In this document: positions 1 through 9,341 of the stretch, piece after piece | Layout of the letters: every line of letters begins with the position of its first letter | Numbering within the stretch: the stretch's first letter is position 1 | Origin: Bacteroidales bacterium | GTDB lineage: Bacteria > Bacteroidota > Bacteroidia > Bacteroidales > VadinHA17 | Assembly (NCBI GenBank): GCA_017882305.1 | Contig: JADGPU010000006.1 | Span: 1 to 63,206, forward strand | DNA: 63,206 bases | Direction: 5' to 3' | Translations under genes and position numbers: made by a program | The notes under the pieces: generated by a model | What the model was told of the DNA's origin: nothing | The model's input: the letters and a program-made list of their open reading frames with translations, nothing else | Database searches by the model: none

Positions 1-330
1 ATACGTCTTGCCATTGGTGAGGATTATTCGCATATATACAAAACCATGATATATGAGTCAGTACTGATCGGATTGATTGGCTCCGTAACCGGGACAGTGA
101 TAGGTACGTTGATGTCGCTCTATATGCAAAATCATGGACTTGATCTGAGTTCAATGATGAAAAATGCGACAATTTTAATGCCGGCAGTCTTTCATGCCAG
201 GATCACCTCCGCTGCATTTTTTATCGGATTTATTCCCGGATTATTATCCACAGTTATTGGCACAATGCTTTCGGGGATAGGAATTTACAAACGCAAAACA
301 GCTCAATTATTTAAAGAATTAGAAGCATGA
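1..330 (+). CDS. ABC transporter permease, FtsX/LolE-like (5'-truncated by window edge)
   Basis: Frame is open from base 1 (IRLAIGE...MIYES..GLIGS..G); matches the FtsX-type permease C-terminus; ATGA overlap with the next gene. Confidence 0.8.
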   Translation: MRLAIGEDYSHIYKTMIYESVLIGLIGSVTGTVIGTLMSLYMQNHGLDLSSMMKNATILMPAVFHARITSAAFFIGFIPGLLSTVIGTMLSGIGIYKRKTAQLFKELEA

Positions 331-1061
331 AAAAAATAGTTATACCTGTGTTTATGTTGTGTGTATCATTAAATGCACAGAATCCTTCAGCCAGGGAAAT
401 AATAGAAAAAGTAGACAAAAATATGTCGGCAGATAGCAGGGTTTTTACTTCCAAAATGATAATACATAACCCCAGAAACACCCGCACCATTGAATCCAAA
501 TCATGGAGTATGGGGGAGAAAAAATCATATACTGAGTATCTTTCGCCACCTCGTGAACAGGGAACTAAAATGCTTAAACTTGATGATCAGCTTTGGATTT
601 TTTCTCCTTCCACTGACAGGATAATCCAGATTTCGGGTCACATGCTCAGGCAGTCCGTAATGGGTTCTGACCTCTCATACGAAGATATGATGGAAGATCC
701 GCATTTACTTAATCATTATGCAGGCAAGATAGATGGAGAAGAAAAAATTGCTAACAGAATTTGCTGGATCATCACCCTTACTGCAAATACTCCCGATGTG
801 GCTTATCAGACACAAAAAGTCTGGGTTGATAAAGATCGCTTCATCCCGTTAAGGAAGGAACTTTATGCAAGAAGCGGCGTTCTGCTCAAAAGGACGGAAC
901 TATCAGATGTATTGCAGATACAGGGCAGATGGTTCCCTAAGAAAATACTTTTTAAAGATGTGCTTAAAGAGGGTAATGGAACTGAGTTCCAGATGATGGA
1001 AATTGAATTCAATACTAAAATTCCCGAGTACATTTTTTCAAAAGCGAGTCTGAAGAAATAG
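327..1061 (+). CDS. Outer-membrane lipoprotein-sorting (LolA-like) protein
   Basis: Signal peptide; P.RE.GTK.L and MGSDLSYEDM motifs; follows an FtsX permease as is typical. Confidence 0.8.
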   Translation: MKKIVIPVFMLCVSLNAQNPSAREIIEKVDKNMSADSRVFTSKMIIHNPRNTRTIESKSWSMGEKKSYTEYLSPPREQGTKMLKLDDQLWIFSPSTDRIIQISGHMLRQSVMGSDLSYEDMMEDPHLLNHYAGKIDGEEKIANRICWIITLTANTPDVAYQTQKVWVDKDRFIPLRKELYARSGVLLKRTELSDVLQIQGRWFPKKILFKDVLKEGNGTEFQMMEIEFNTKIPEYIFSKASLKK

Positions 1062-1072
1062 GATTGCTCACC

Positions 1073-1930
1073 CTATTTTACCGATTTGATCAATGAATCT
1101 GTAATGATGATCGTTTTCGCTGAAACAGCACATGCCCCGAAGTAACCTAAAGCACCATTGCTGAGATTATTATTCGGATTAGCAGGTGTTGATCCGAAGA
1201 AAGGATTAGTATAAAGCAGGTCAGCGAGAGTACGGTAATACCCATAAGTTTTCTGATCGAGGGATTGAAGTTCGATACCGAAAGTGTCACCAACCGTTGC
1301 ATTTGCAACACGCAATTCTGTTTCCTGTCCATTTGTATATTGATCATCATACAACCTGTAGTTTTGGGTATTAATGGAATCGTTCTTAAAAACCTTTATC
1401 CTGTAGAAATTTTTTTCTTCAGGATCTTTGAAAAAACAATGAATTTCAACATGAGTTTCTTTTTTATTTTCTTCCCCGAAATCGAATCGTTGAAACTGAC
1501 TTTTTACAAGAACCAGCGAATCGATATTGACGTGACTGAATATGGTGGAAGAGCCGGAATATTCCTGGCCTTCGGATATGACTTTCAAAGCGTATGTTCT
1601 TCCCGGAATTCCCCTTGTCTTTGAAGTAATATAAACACCAGGTGCTCTTTCTTTTAAAGTATCGGTTATACCTTTACTGTCAGTTATAATAGCCTGTGCC
1701 CCAGTAACCGTTTCTAAAACAGGCTGATTAAAATAACTTCCTGATTTACTTATCGTAACAGAATAAGGACCCCGAATGTCGTAAATCAATCCTTCGATGA
1801 CTATACGAGGTGCAGCTTCGTTCAGATCAACATTGATAACTTTCTGACACCCTGGGAATGCCAGAATAGTCACCAATGATAATATAATTTCGAGTACATC
1901 TGCTGGACTTATTTTCGTTCTTTTTTTCAT
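1073..1930 (-). CDS. DUF4249 family lipoprotein
   Basis: Lipobox FPGC, CQKVI.VDL..A.PRIVIEG, C-terminal PANP..NLSNGALGYF; downstream of a TonB receptor. Confidence 0.85.
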   Translation of the reverse strand: MKKRTKISPADVLEIILSLVTILAFPGCQKVINVDLNEAAPRIVIEGLIYDIRGPYSVTISKSGSYFNQPVLETVTGAQAIITDSKGITDTLKERAPGVYITSKTRGIPGRTYALKVISEGQEYSGSSTIFSHVNIDSLVLVKSQFQRFDFGEENKKETHVEIHCFFKDPEEKNFYRIKVFKNDSINTQNYRLYDDQYTNGQETELRVANATVGDTFGIELQSLDQKTYGYYRTLADLLYTNPFFGSTPANPNNNLSNGALGYFGACAVSAKTIIITDSLIKSVK

Positions 1931-1942
1931 TTCTGTAAAGAC

Positions 1943-4294
1943 TTAAAACTTGAAATTATAGGTTATGGCGGGAACAAACCGGAAAAGAGATAATTGCACT
2001 GCCTGCATTTTCGTGGGGTTATTGGGATCCTGCTGAAAATTTATTGCGTAAGCATTCGCACGTGCATAAACATTATAGATTGAGAAATTCCAGTTACTCT
2101 CAAATCTGACAGTTTTTTTCCGCTGCCAGGTAAGGCCAATGTCTAACCTGTGGTAATCGGGCATCCTGTAACCGTTCCTTTCGGTATAATATGGTACAAT
2201 ATTGCCATCGACAGCATACCTGCCGCTTGGAAATGTAACAACGTTACCGCTTATAAAAATCCATGTGGCCGAAAAAGTGAGTTTCGGATTAAACTGATAC
2301 ATACCTACAATAGCTATATTATTTGGTCTGTCTTGTTTTGCCAGGAATGTTTTGCCTTCATTGATATCAGGGAATTTTCTTTTCACTTTCGATAAGGTGT
2401 AGCTTATCCAGCCTGTCAGTTTTCCATATTTTTTCCTGATGAGGAACTCAGCTCCATATCCCCATCCTTTCCCAAATACCAGTTGTGATTCCACCTTACT
2501 ATTCAGGATAAGATTGGCCCCGTTACGGTAATCAATTTGGTTTTGCAGTGTTTTATAGTAAACTTCAACTGATGTTTCATACATGTTGTTTGAAAAATTC
2601 CTGAAATAACCCAGAGTGTACTGATCAGCAACCTCCGGTAAAATATTAATATTACTGGGTACCCACAAATCGAATGGTGTAGTTGAAGTTGTGTTCGATA
2701 ACAAATGTATGTATTGGCGGGTTCTTGCGTATGAAACTTTGACCGAGCTTGAGTCATTGATGATATAATTCACCAGTAATCTTGGTTCAAATCCACCATA
2801 TGTACTGAAAATTTTGCCTTTAGGATATATTGCGGAATCCACAACATCCGCTACCTGATTATAAGTGTATACCGTACCCGGCCCGATTGAACTGAAAAGA
2901 GAATAACGTAGTCCGTATGTTGCCTTAAGATGAGGTGAAATTGTCTGTTCATTGGAAATGTAAAGTGCATTTTCCAGCGCATAGCGGTTATCAACAGATC
3001 TGACATGGAAAAATACAGTACTGTCAACTTTACTGGGAACGAATGTATGGTAAATGGAATTGAAACCAAATTTGATTGTATTGTTTGAATTCAAATAATA
3101 ATGCAGGTCTTCTTTCAGGTTCCAGTCCTGAATTTGCGATATTACATTCATGGTCTTAGTACCCACAACCACATTGAAATTATAACTATACTTGTTGAAG
3201 ATTAAAGAAGTGTTGGAAAAGAGTTTATCGTTGATAATATGGTTCCACCTGGTTGTGGCAGTGACATTTCCCCAATTGAGACCCACGATACCACCAAGGT
3301 TGAAATTATCCCTGCCGAGGTAACATGAAAAATACAACCGGTCTTTTTCTGAAAACTGATAATTGACTTTCATGTTCAGATCGTAGAAATAAAGAGTTGA
3401 TTTACTCGCAGTAGAATCCGCTCCATGCGGCGAAAGAAGTCTGAGGAAAAGATCAGCATAAGTCCTGCGTGCGGCAATCATGAAGGAACCCTTTTTTTTA
3501 AATATTGGCCCCTCGACAGCTAAACGGGATGCGATAAGTCCTATTCCTCCTGACACATGATATTCCCTATTGTTGCCTTCATTCATTTTAATGTCGACCA
3601 CAGAGGATAACCGACCACCATATTCGGACGGAAAACCGCCCTTATATAATGTAATATCCTTAATGGCATCTGAGTTGAAAGTTGAAAAGAATCCCAGCAA
3701 ATGAGAGGGATTATATACCGGTGCTTCATCAAGTAAAATAAGGTTTTGGTCAACACCTCCTCCACGTACATAAAAACCTGCATTTCCCTCTCCGGCCGGT
3801 GTTACTCCGGGTAGCAACTGAATGGTTTTTAAAATATCCTTTTCACCCAGAATAACAGGTATATTCTGGATTTCCCTGACATTGATTTTTGAAATCAACT
3901 CATTCTGAACCACATTGATGTTATTCTTTTCACCCACAATTGTAACTTCCTTTAAGGCAATAGATTCTTCCTCCAGGTCAAAAGTCAGCTTTATGTTTTC
4001 TTTTAAATCCAAAGGAATGGTCCTGGTTTTGTACCCCATGAATTGAACTATTAATGAATATTTCCCGGTTGGAAGTGTAAGGGAAAAATATCCATAAGAA
4101 TTTGAAGTAATTCCTATTGTTGGATTTTCTTTAGGATAAATGACAGCACCTGTAAGAGTTTCACCGGTTCTCGCATCCCTTATAAAACCACTTATAGTTG
4201 CTGATTTTGGTGTTTCATTCTCCGAATATCCCGGTAGCAAGAAAACTAAAAATATAAGGATTAGAAAGTAGATTTTTTTAGTCATTAAATCCAT
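1943..4294 (-). CDS. TonB-dependent receptor with carboxypeptidase-regulatory-like N-terminal domain
   Basis: TISGFIRD..TGETL.GA; plug motifs LLPGV, VRGG..DQN, GGFPSEYGGRLSSV; C-terminal YNFKF. Confidence 0.93.
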   Translation of the reverse strand: MDLMTKKIYFLILIFLVFLLPGYSENETPKSATISGFIRDARTGETLTGAVIYPKENPTIGITSNSYGYFSLTLPTGKYSLIVQFMGYKTRTIPLDLKENIKLTFDLEEESIALKEVTIVGEKNNINVVQNELISKINVREIQNIPVILGEKDILKTIQLLPGVTPAGEGNAGFYVRGGGVDQNLILLDEAPVYNPSHLLGFFSTFNSDAIKDITLYKGGFPSEYGGRLSSVVDIKMNEGNNREYHVSGGIGLIASRLAVEGPIFKKKGSFMIAARRTYADLFLRLLSPHGADSTASKSTLYFYDLNMKVNYQFSEKDRLYFSCYLGRDNFNLGGIVGLNWGNVTATTRWNHIINDKLFSNTSLIFNKYSYNFNVVVGTKTMNVISQIQDWNLKEDLHYYLNSNNTIKFGFNSIYHTFVPSKVDSTVFFHVRSVDNRYALENALYISNEQTISPHLKATYGLRYSLFSSIGPGTVYTYNQVADVVDSAIYPKGKIFSTYGGFEPRLLVNYIINDSSSVKVSYARTRQYIHLLSNTTSTTPFDLWVPSNINILPEVADQYTLGYFRNFSNNMYETSVEVYYKTLQNQIDYRNGANLILNSKVESQLVFGKGWGYGAEFLIRKKYGKLTGWISYTLSKVKRKFPDINEGKTFLAKQDRPNNIAIVGMYQFNPKLTFSATWIFISGNVVTFPSGRYAVDGNIVPYYTERNGYRMPDYHRLDIGLTWQRKKTVRFESNWNFSIYNVYARANAYAINFQQDPNNPTKMQAVQLSLFRFVPAITYNFKF

Positions 4295-4336
4295 GTATTG
4301 GGGTTTCTAAAAAAGGCATTTTCTCTTCTGCTTTTC

Positions 4337-4423
4337 CTTTGTATTACTTTGCTATGTACTTTGTGACCCTTAGTGGTTAATGGCTTTTTCTTTTACCACA
4401 AAGGGATACAAAGGTTCACAAAG
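4337..4423. repeat. Palindromic element of 10-12-nt units (CTTTGTG arm / CACAAAG arm)
   Basis: CTTTGTATTA CTTTGCTATGTA CTTTGTGACC CTTAGTGGT ... ACCACAAAG GGATACAAAG GTTCACAAAG; related copy at 53569. Confidence 0.8.
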
Positions 4424-4556
4424 AACTTTTGGTCAGCCCCATGTTTCACTTGATACGTCTATTTCTGATTCTATGTTGAATCAGTCTTCCTTTATATATT
4501 CCTATAAACAGTAAATCTGTTAGTTTGTTGTTTAACTGACAGACAGAAGATCTGAT

Positions 4557-6587
4557 TTATTCCTTAATAATTTTTTTTATGAAATTCCCCTCCGGTGAAA
4601 TTACCATGATCATATAAATACCCTGAGAGCAAGAGCTCATATCAAGTTTATATATTTCGGAATTAACATCAATTCTTCTTATTAATCTTCCCTGAAAATC
4701 AAATAGTTCCACAATTTTAATTGTACCCGAAGATTCTATTGTAAGATTATCTTTAACAGGCGTGGGATAAAATTTCAACTTCATGCTGTTCTCAGTCTCT
4801 TTGACAGAAACGATAGTATTTGTTGATGCTGTCCAGTTAGTGACAATACTATTATCTGAATTGGGATCGATTAATTGCAGGTAATACCCGTTACCATCAG
4901 CATCCGGCCAGGGAGGCAGGTTGGAATACCTGACACTGTCAATTATGTTTCCAAACCCATCTGCCAGGATAAGTTTCTCTCCATTGTCTGATAAATTCCG
5001 GGTAAACTGGCCAAAAGGATGGATACCATATTTTGCTGTGAAAACCTCTGAATTGCTGGCAAGTATCTTCGTTAAGCCAGGAGAAATCTCAGAATTCGCA
5101 GGGAATTGGTACACAAATCCTGTTCCGTTGAAATAAACCCCCGTCAGATCTATTGTTTTATTCCCGGTATTTTGTATTTCAATGAATTCCTGGTCACTAC
5201 TGATAGGAAAATCCACAGATGTATTTGGATTGTACATAATTTTGGTAATTACCAGCGAAGGAGTTTCCACATTGCTGCAATCTGAATATGGACCAATATT
5301 TGTTGTCATCCAGGAAATTCTTTGATTTAACCATTCTTTCATGTTATTTATCTCCATTAAAAGATTGGAGACAGTACCCCATCTCTCATTTTCCCTGACC
5401 GCTGCCTCGCTGATTGTCGCAATAGTCCGGTCAATAAGGGTGTCAATAACCGAGAGATTTAAAGGCTGGCCGGGTTGGATGAGCTGATTCCATCTTTTCG
5501 ACAGGTAACATCTAAAAACGGGGTTAGTGAAAAGGTCCTTCCAGAATTTAGGTCCTTCATTATCTCCGTTATCAAATTGCCATGTATAGGTTTTACTTCT
5601 GTCGAAATTCCAGATAAACAGGTCATTTCCAAAAGTCAGGTTATTGTCCCAGATTGGTCCGGCCCTTAACTTTCCGTTCCTGTCCTTGTGAAAAAACGTG
5701 CTGAACTGATACGCGTCGGCATTTGCAGAAATTTCACTTATAATCATGAAATCAACAAAAGAGGGGATATCGATTACTGAAGGATATCCTGAATCAAGTG
5801 AAGTGTTTCCTGTGGAAGCAGTATTGCTTAGTTTCTCAAATTCAGAATGGATATAGTTGTCTTGCTGGGGAGTTACATCTTCCGGATTCGGATATGAATG
5901 AATAAAAGTAACATCATTTGACCCGAGGTAACTTGACATAGTCCAGGCTACCGGATCATCTGCATTCGTTTTATCGGCTTTTAAGATATATCCTCCGGTA
6001 ACAGACGGGTAAGTATTGTCGAGTGTACCCATTCTCATAATGTCAATCCTGCCGGGTCCCTGTTTTATTTTTTCCTGAAGCACATATAGTCCGTTGTAGG
6101 AGCCATTTATCATAACTTCACAATAGACAGTTCTGCTTGCGTATTCGCCTATCATCCGCGATAAATTAAAACACAGGTAATCGCGTATAAGTGATGGCTC
6201 GAATCCTAGAGCGTTAAGAATCCAGTCATTGTCACTCGGCAGTCCCAGTAACATTACATTATTATTTGAAGTATTATCAGCCTTCAAAGTTGTCAGTCCA
6301 AATTGTTTTTTTGGCAGTGCCTGTGAACTTGAGCCTCTTATTTCTATGTTTATACGACCATTGTAGTTCAGGTATCCTGCTGTATTCTGATCGATAACAT
6401 AATTTCGTAATCCTTTTCCCCGGTATATTATTTTCATAGTGGCAAGGACCCTTGGTGAATCGGGTATTTCAACTCCTCCATCGGTATTAATTAATACAAT
6501 GGGAAGGTTGCTGTCTGTAAAGCTTTGAGAATAAGAAGATATGTAGAAACATAACAGTACACAGACAAGATTAAGACATCGCTTCAT
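4557..6587 (-). CDS. CotH kinase family protein with lamin-tail domain and T9SS type A sorting domain
   Basis: IRGSSS, Y.GLYVLQEKI, GPIWD.NLTFG (CotH); KIMYNP..EFIEI.N (LTD); YPTP...GIYMI...KKIIKE (T9SS CTD). Confidence 0.88.
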   Translation of the reverse strand: MKRCLNLVCVLLCFYISSYSQSFTDSNLPIVLINTDGGVEIPDSPRVLATMKIIYRGKGLRNYVIDQNTAGYLNYNGRINIEIRGSSSQALPKKQFGLTTLKADNTSNNNVMLLGLPSDNDWILNALGFEPSLIRDYLCFNLSRMIGEYASRTVYCEVMINGSYNGLYVLQEKIKQGPGRIDIMRMGTLDNTYPSVTGGYILKADKTNADDPVAWTMSSYLGSNDVTFIHSYPNPEDVTPQQDNYIHSEFEKLSNTASTGNTSLDSGYPSVIDIPSFVDFMIISEISANADAYQFSTFFHKDRNGKLRAGPIWDNNLTFGNDLFIWNFDRSKTYTWQFDNGDNEGPKFWKDLFTNPVFRCYLSKRWNQLIQPGQPLNLSVIDTLIDRTIATISEAAVRENERWGTVSNLLMEINNMKEWLNQRISWMTTNIGPYSDCSNVETPSLVITKIMYNPNTSVDFPISSDQEFIEIQNTGNKTIDLTGVYFNGTGFVYQFPANSEISPGLTKILASNSEVFTAKYGIHPFGQFTRNLSDNGEKLILADGFGNIIDSVRYSNLPPWPDADGNGYYLQLIDPNSDNSIVTNWTASTNTIVSVKETENSMKLKFYPTPVKDNLTIESSGTIKIVELFDFQGRLIRRIDVNSEIYKLDMSSCSQGIYMIMVISPEGNFIKKIIKE

Positions 6588-6688
6588 TTTATTGTGATTG
6601 ACTAATGATACAAATGTGTCAATTATTTTCGTATAAATGAATATTGAAAATAATTAAGAGCTTGTTAAAAACGGTTGAAAAAATATTT

Positions 6689-9313
6689 TCAGGGCTTGAT
6701 CACCTTTGCTAATACCCCGGGGATCTGAAGCAGATCGTAGTCATTACTATATATTAAATATTTATCATTCCAGCGGGGATTAAATTTATCCTTATAATCC
6801 CTTTGCCCTTTATAATGAGAAAATGAACGGATTTTTTCATAAGCAAACTTTATTGATTTTTCTGTAAAGTTGTGGGGATCATCAAGACCTGACATTGGTG
6901 CAAAACCCAGATTAATAAATTGTACACCATTGGCTTTGAAATAATTGAAAAGTTCAATAAGGATATAATCCATAATCCCGTTGGGTGCATCGGCGGTTTT
7001 CCTCAGCAAGTCATAAGTACCTTCATTTTTTACATAATCTGTAATTATATTTAAAAAAGCAATAATTTTTTCTTCGCTGTTTTCAATGGAGATTACAGTT
7101 TGTTCTTTTATCTCTTTTTCAACAAACATTCCCTGTGAAAAGATTATTTCTTCCCGTTCTGTAAGTTTCAGCCATTCGTCACTCACAGCTTTAAGTTTCT
7201 GAATCAAACCGTCACGGAGAGGAGGAGTATTTATATGTGTGGTATAACCCTGTTCTTTTATTTTATTAAGGGCGTTTCTGATAGATTTTTTCTCACCTCC
7301 TTCAAGCGAAAAAGAGTATAGGTCAACTACTCCCTCCTGACCAAGGAAAAGACTCTTCTTTGATAATTCATGGTAAACAGGCAGACTCTCTTTTGGCACC
7401 CTGTAGTAAATTTCTTTAAGCCCGTTCTCATAAGAATATTTACTGAAAGCGACAATACATTTTTTCATCTCTTGTTTGTTTTCGGCGACAGGGTTCTCAA
7501 GAACTACCGCAAAATTTCTGTTGACCCGGTAGGAGATATAAGCATTAAATTCAGGAGGTGCAAAAATTAATTTGTCAGAATATGTTTTGAAAAAGTCGAG
7601 TGAGGAATTTCCAAATTGATATGTCAGCGCTTTAGCCCGCGATATTTCTTCATCTGATGGTGTAATTTTGATAACATAAGGCCTGACAAGAGAATAAACA
7701 AGAAAGGTTATTGAAGAAAACCCGCTTATCTTGATCAGATAAATAAAGTCACGGGCGAAAGCGTCGTGCGGTATCAGATCGTTGCTTCCAATGAGAAAAA
7801 AATTCTGAAGTGTGTACCGGAACGACTGAAAAATATTGAAGTCGATATGAAAGTGTCTTTTATCAAGGAAGTAGAATCCAACGACACCATATAACATTAC
7901 AGCCGCCATACTTAACATAGCTGTCTGTAAACCTACTGTTCCTAATTTTGGATTTGTTTTAACGTGGTACTCTTTTCTTGTTGCCATAAGTGAGCCGACA
8001 ATCAGAAGTGCTATTGTAGCTTCTTCATAATCTATTCCTTTGGTAATATGCCCAAAGACCGAAATAATACTTAATGCAATTGCGAACCACCAGGCTGTTC
8101 GTAATCCTCTCAGCATAAATGCTGCTGTGACCAGTAAAAATAATCCTGCAATAAAAACAAAGCTGTTTGAAAAGCTCACAAAATCAACTAGCAAATAATC
8201 TTTTAAAACCCTAAGCCTCTCTGGAAGTGCCGGTGTTAATACGGAAATGATGTTCACAATACCAAGAGTAAAGATCAAAACTGCAGGAAAAATTCTCATT
8301 ATCAATTTATCAACCTTTAGCATGAAGCTCACCACACCTGTAAAAAGAGGAAGCCAGAATTCGAAAAACCTGAAAAGCAGGGTTATTGCTATCGAATCAG
8401 CATTCGTGAATCCGGAATGTGTAAGAACATAAACCATTGAAACCTCTATTGCCCCCAGACCTCTCAGAAATGGCGATATAATCAGGAATATTACTACAAC
8501 AATATAAGCTATGATTGCAGATGAAAGAGAGGGTGGAAAATGCAGAGCTATCATCGATATATATACGTGAGCGATCCCCACAAACTCGATCAGGACAGAT
8601 ATTAATATAGTATAAATAAATTGCTTCCGGTTTATATTGTTGCTTTTCAGCTCTTCAATGAAAAGTTCAGCTTTAGGGTAGATCTTTATAATCAGGTAGT
8701 AAAGTTTCCCTTTTCTCAGAAGCGAATAATAAACAAAAACAAACAACAACAAAATCAGCATAACTCCTGCAAGGGCATACCATTTTCCCATGCCTATACT
8801 CCCTCCTGAAACAACAAAAAGGAAAGCAGGTATGGCAACAATTACAACAGATAGAATCCCTACAAATGCGTAGATTGAAGAGGCAAAATAAACTTGTGTC
8901 CTGGTGATTCCTTTTTTTTCTATTTCATTACTGAAAAATGCAAGTGAGGATACTGCACCAGCTGGCAAAAAAACGCTTATGAAATTGCGTTTGAGAAAAA
9001 GCATTATTGCATCCCAAAGCTTTACTTTCGTGTCGATTGAAGCAAAAGATGTCACGTACATCATTCCCTGAATAAGAATATAGAAAATAACAAGCCCCAG
9101 ACCGGCGAGTACCCAATACCTGTTTGCATTAGAAAGAATATCTCTGACGTGTAACAGTTCACGTTTCTGATGAAAGGTAAACCATGCTGCCAGAATTATA
9201 AACAGGGCAGTAAAAAGAAACTGAGTAATGAGCTTCGCATTTTCATTAAGAAATATGAAGACTTTTTCTTTAAAAAAGTTCCGGACGGACGCTGATGAGT
9301 TATCTTTTATCAT
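6689..9313 (-). CDS. mprF: Bifunctional aminoacyl(lysyl)-phosphatidylglycerol flippase/synthase
   Basis: About 14 TM segments with GLGAIE and LLFR..EFWLP; C-terminal DUF2156 domain with DLLRK..DAPNGIMDY, LGFAPMSG, KDKFNP.W. Confidence 0.9.
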   Translation of the reverse strand: MIKDNSSASVRNFFKEKVFIFLNENAKLITQFLFTALFIILAAWFTFHQKRELLHVRDILSNANRYWVLAGLGLVIFYILIQGMMYVTSFASIDTKVKLWDAIMLFLKRNFISVFLPAGAVSSLAFFSNEIEKKGITRTQVYFASSIYAFVGILSVVIVAIPAFLFVVSGGSIGMGKWYALAGVMLILLLFVFVYYSLLRKGKLYYLIIKIYPKAELFIEELKSNNINRKQFIYTILISVLIEFVGIAHVYISMIALHFPPSLSSAIIAYIVVVIFLIISPFLRGLGAIEVSMVYVLTHSGFTNADSIAITLLFRFFEFWLPLFTGVVSFMLKVDKLIMRIFPAVLIFTLGIVNIISVLTPALPERLRVLKDYLLVDFVSFSNSFVFIAGLFLLVTAAFMLRGLRTAWWFAIALSIISVFGHITKGIDYEEATIALLIVGSLMATRKEYHVKTNPKLGTVGLQTAMLSMAAVMLYGVVGFYFLDKRHFHIDFNIFQSFRYTLQNFFLIGSNDLIPHDAFARDFIYLIKISGFSSITFLVYSLVRPYVIKITPSDEEISRAKALTYQFGNSSLDFFKTYSDKLIFAPPEFNAYISYRVNRNFAVVLENPVAENKQEMKKCIVAFSKYSYENGLKEIYYRVPKESLPVYHELSKKSLFLGQEGVVDLYSFSLEGGEKKSIRNALNKIKEQGYTTHINTPPLRDGLIQKLKAVSDEWLKLTEREEIIFSQGMFVEKEIKEQTVISIENSEEKIIAFLNIITDYVKNEGTYDLLRKTADAPNGIMDYILIELFNYFKANGVQFINLGFAPMSGLDDPHNFTEKSIKFAYEKIRSFSHYKGQRDYKDKFNPRWNDKYLIYSNDYDLLQIPGVLAKVIKP

Positions 9314-9341
9314 GGACTTAACTAATCCAAATATACGATTT

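Noticed and set aside
4453-4479. TCAAC-N17-CGTAT on the minus strand upstream of the TonB receptor, as an ECF promoter
   Set aside because: Single short match about 160 bp from the start, with a -35 differing from the GTAAC motif; too weak to call.
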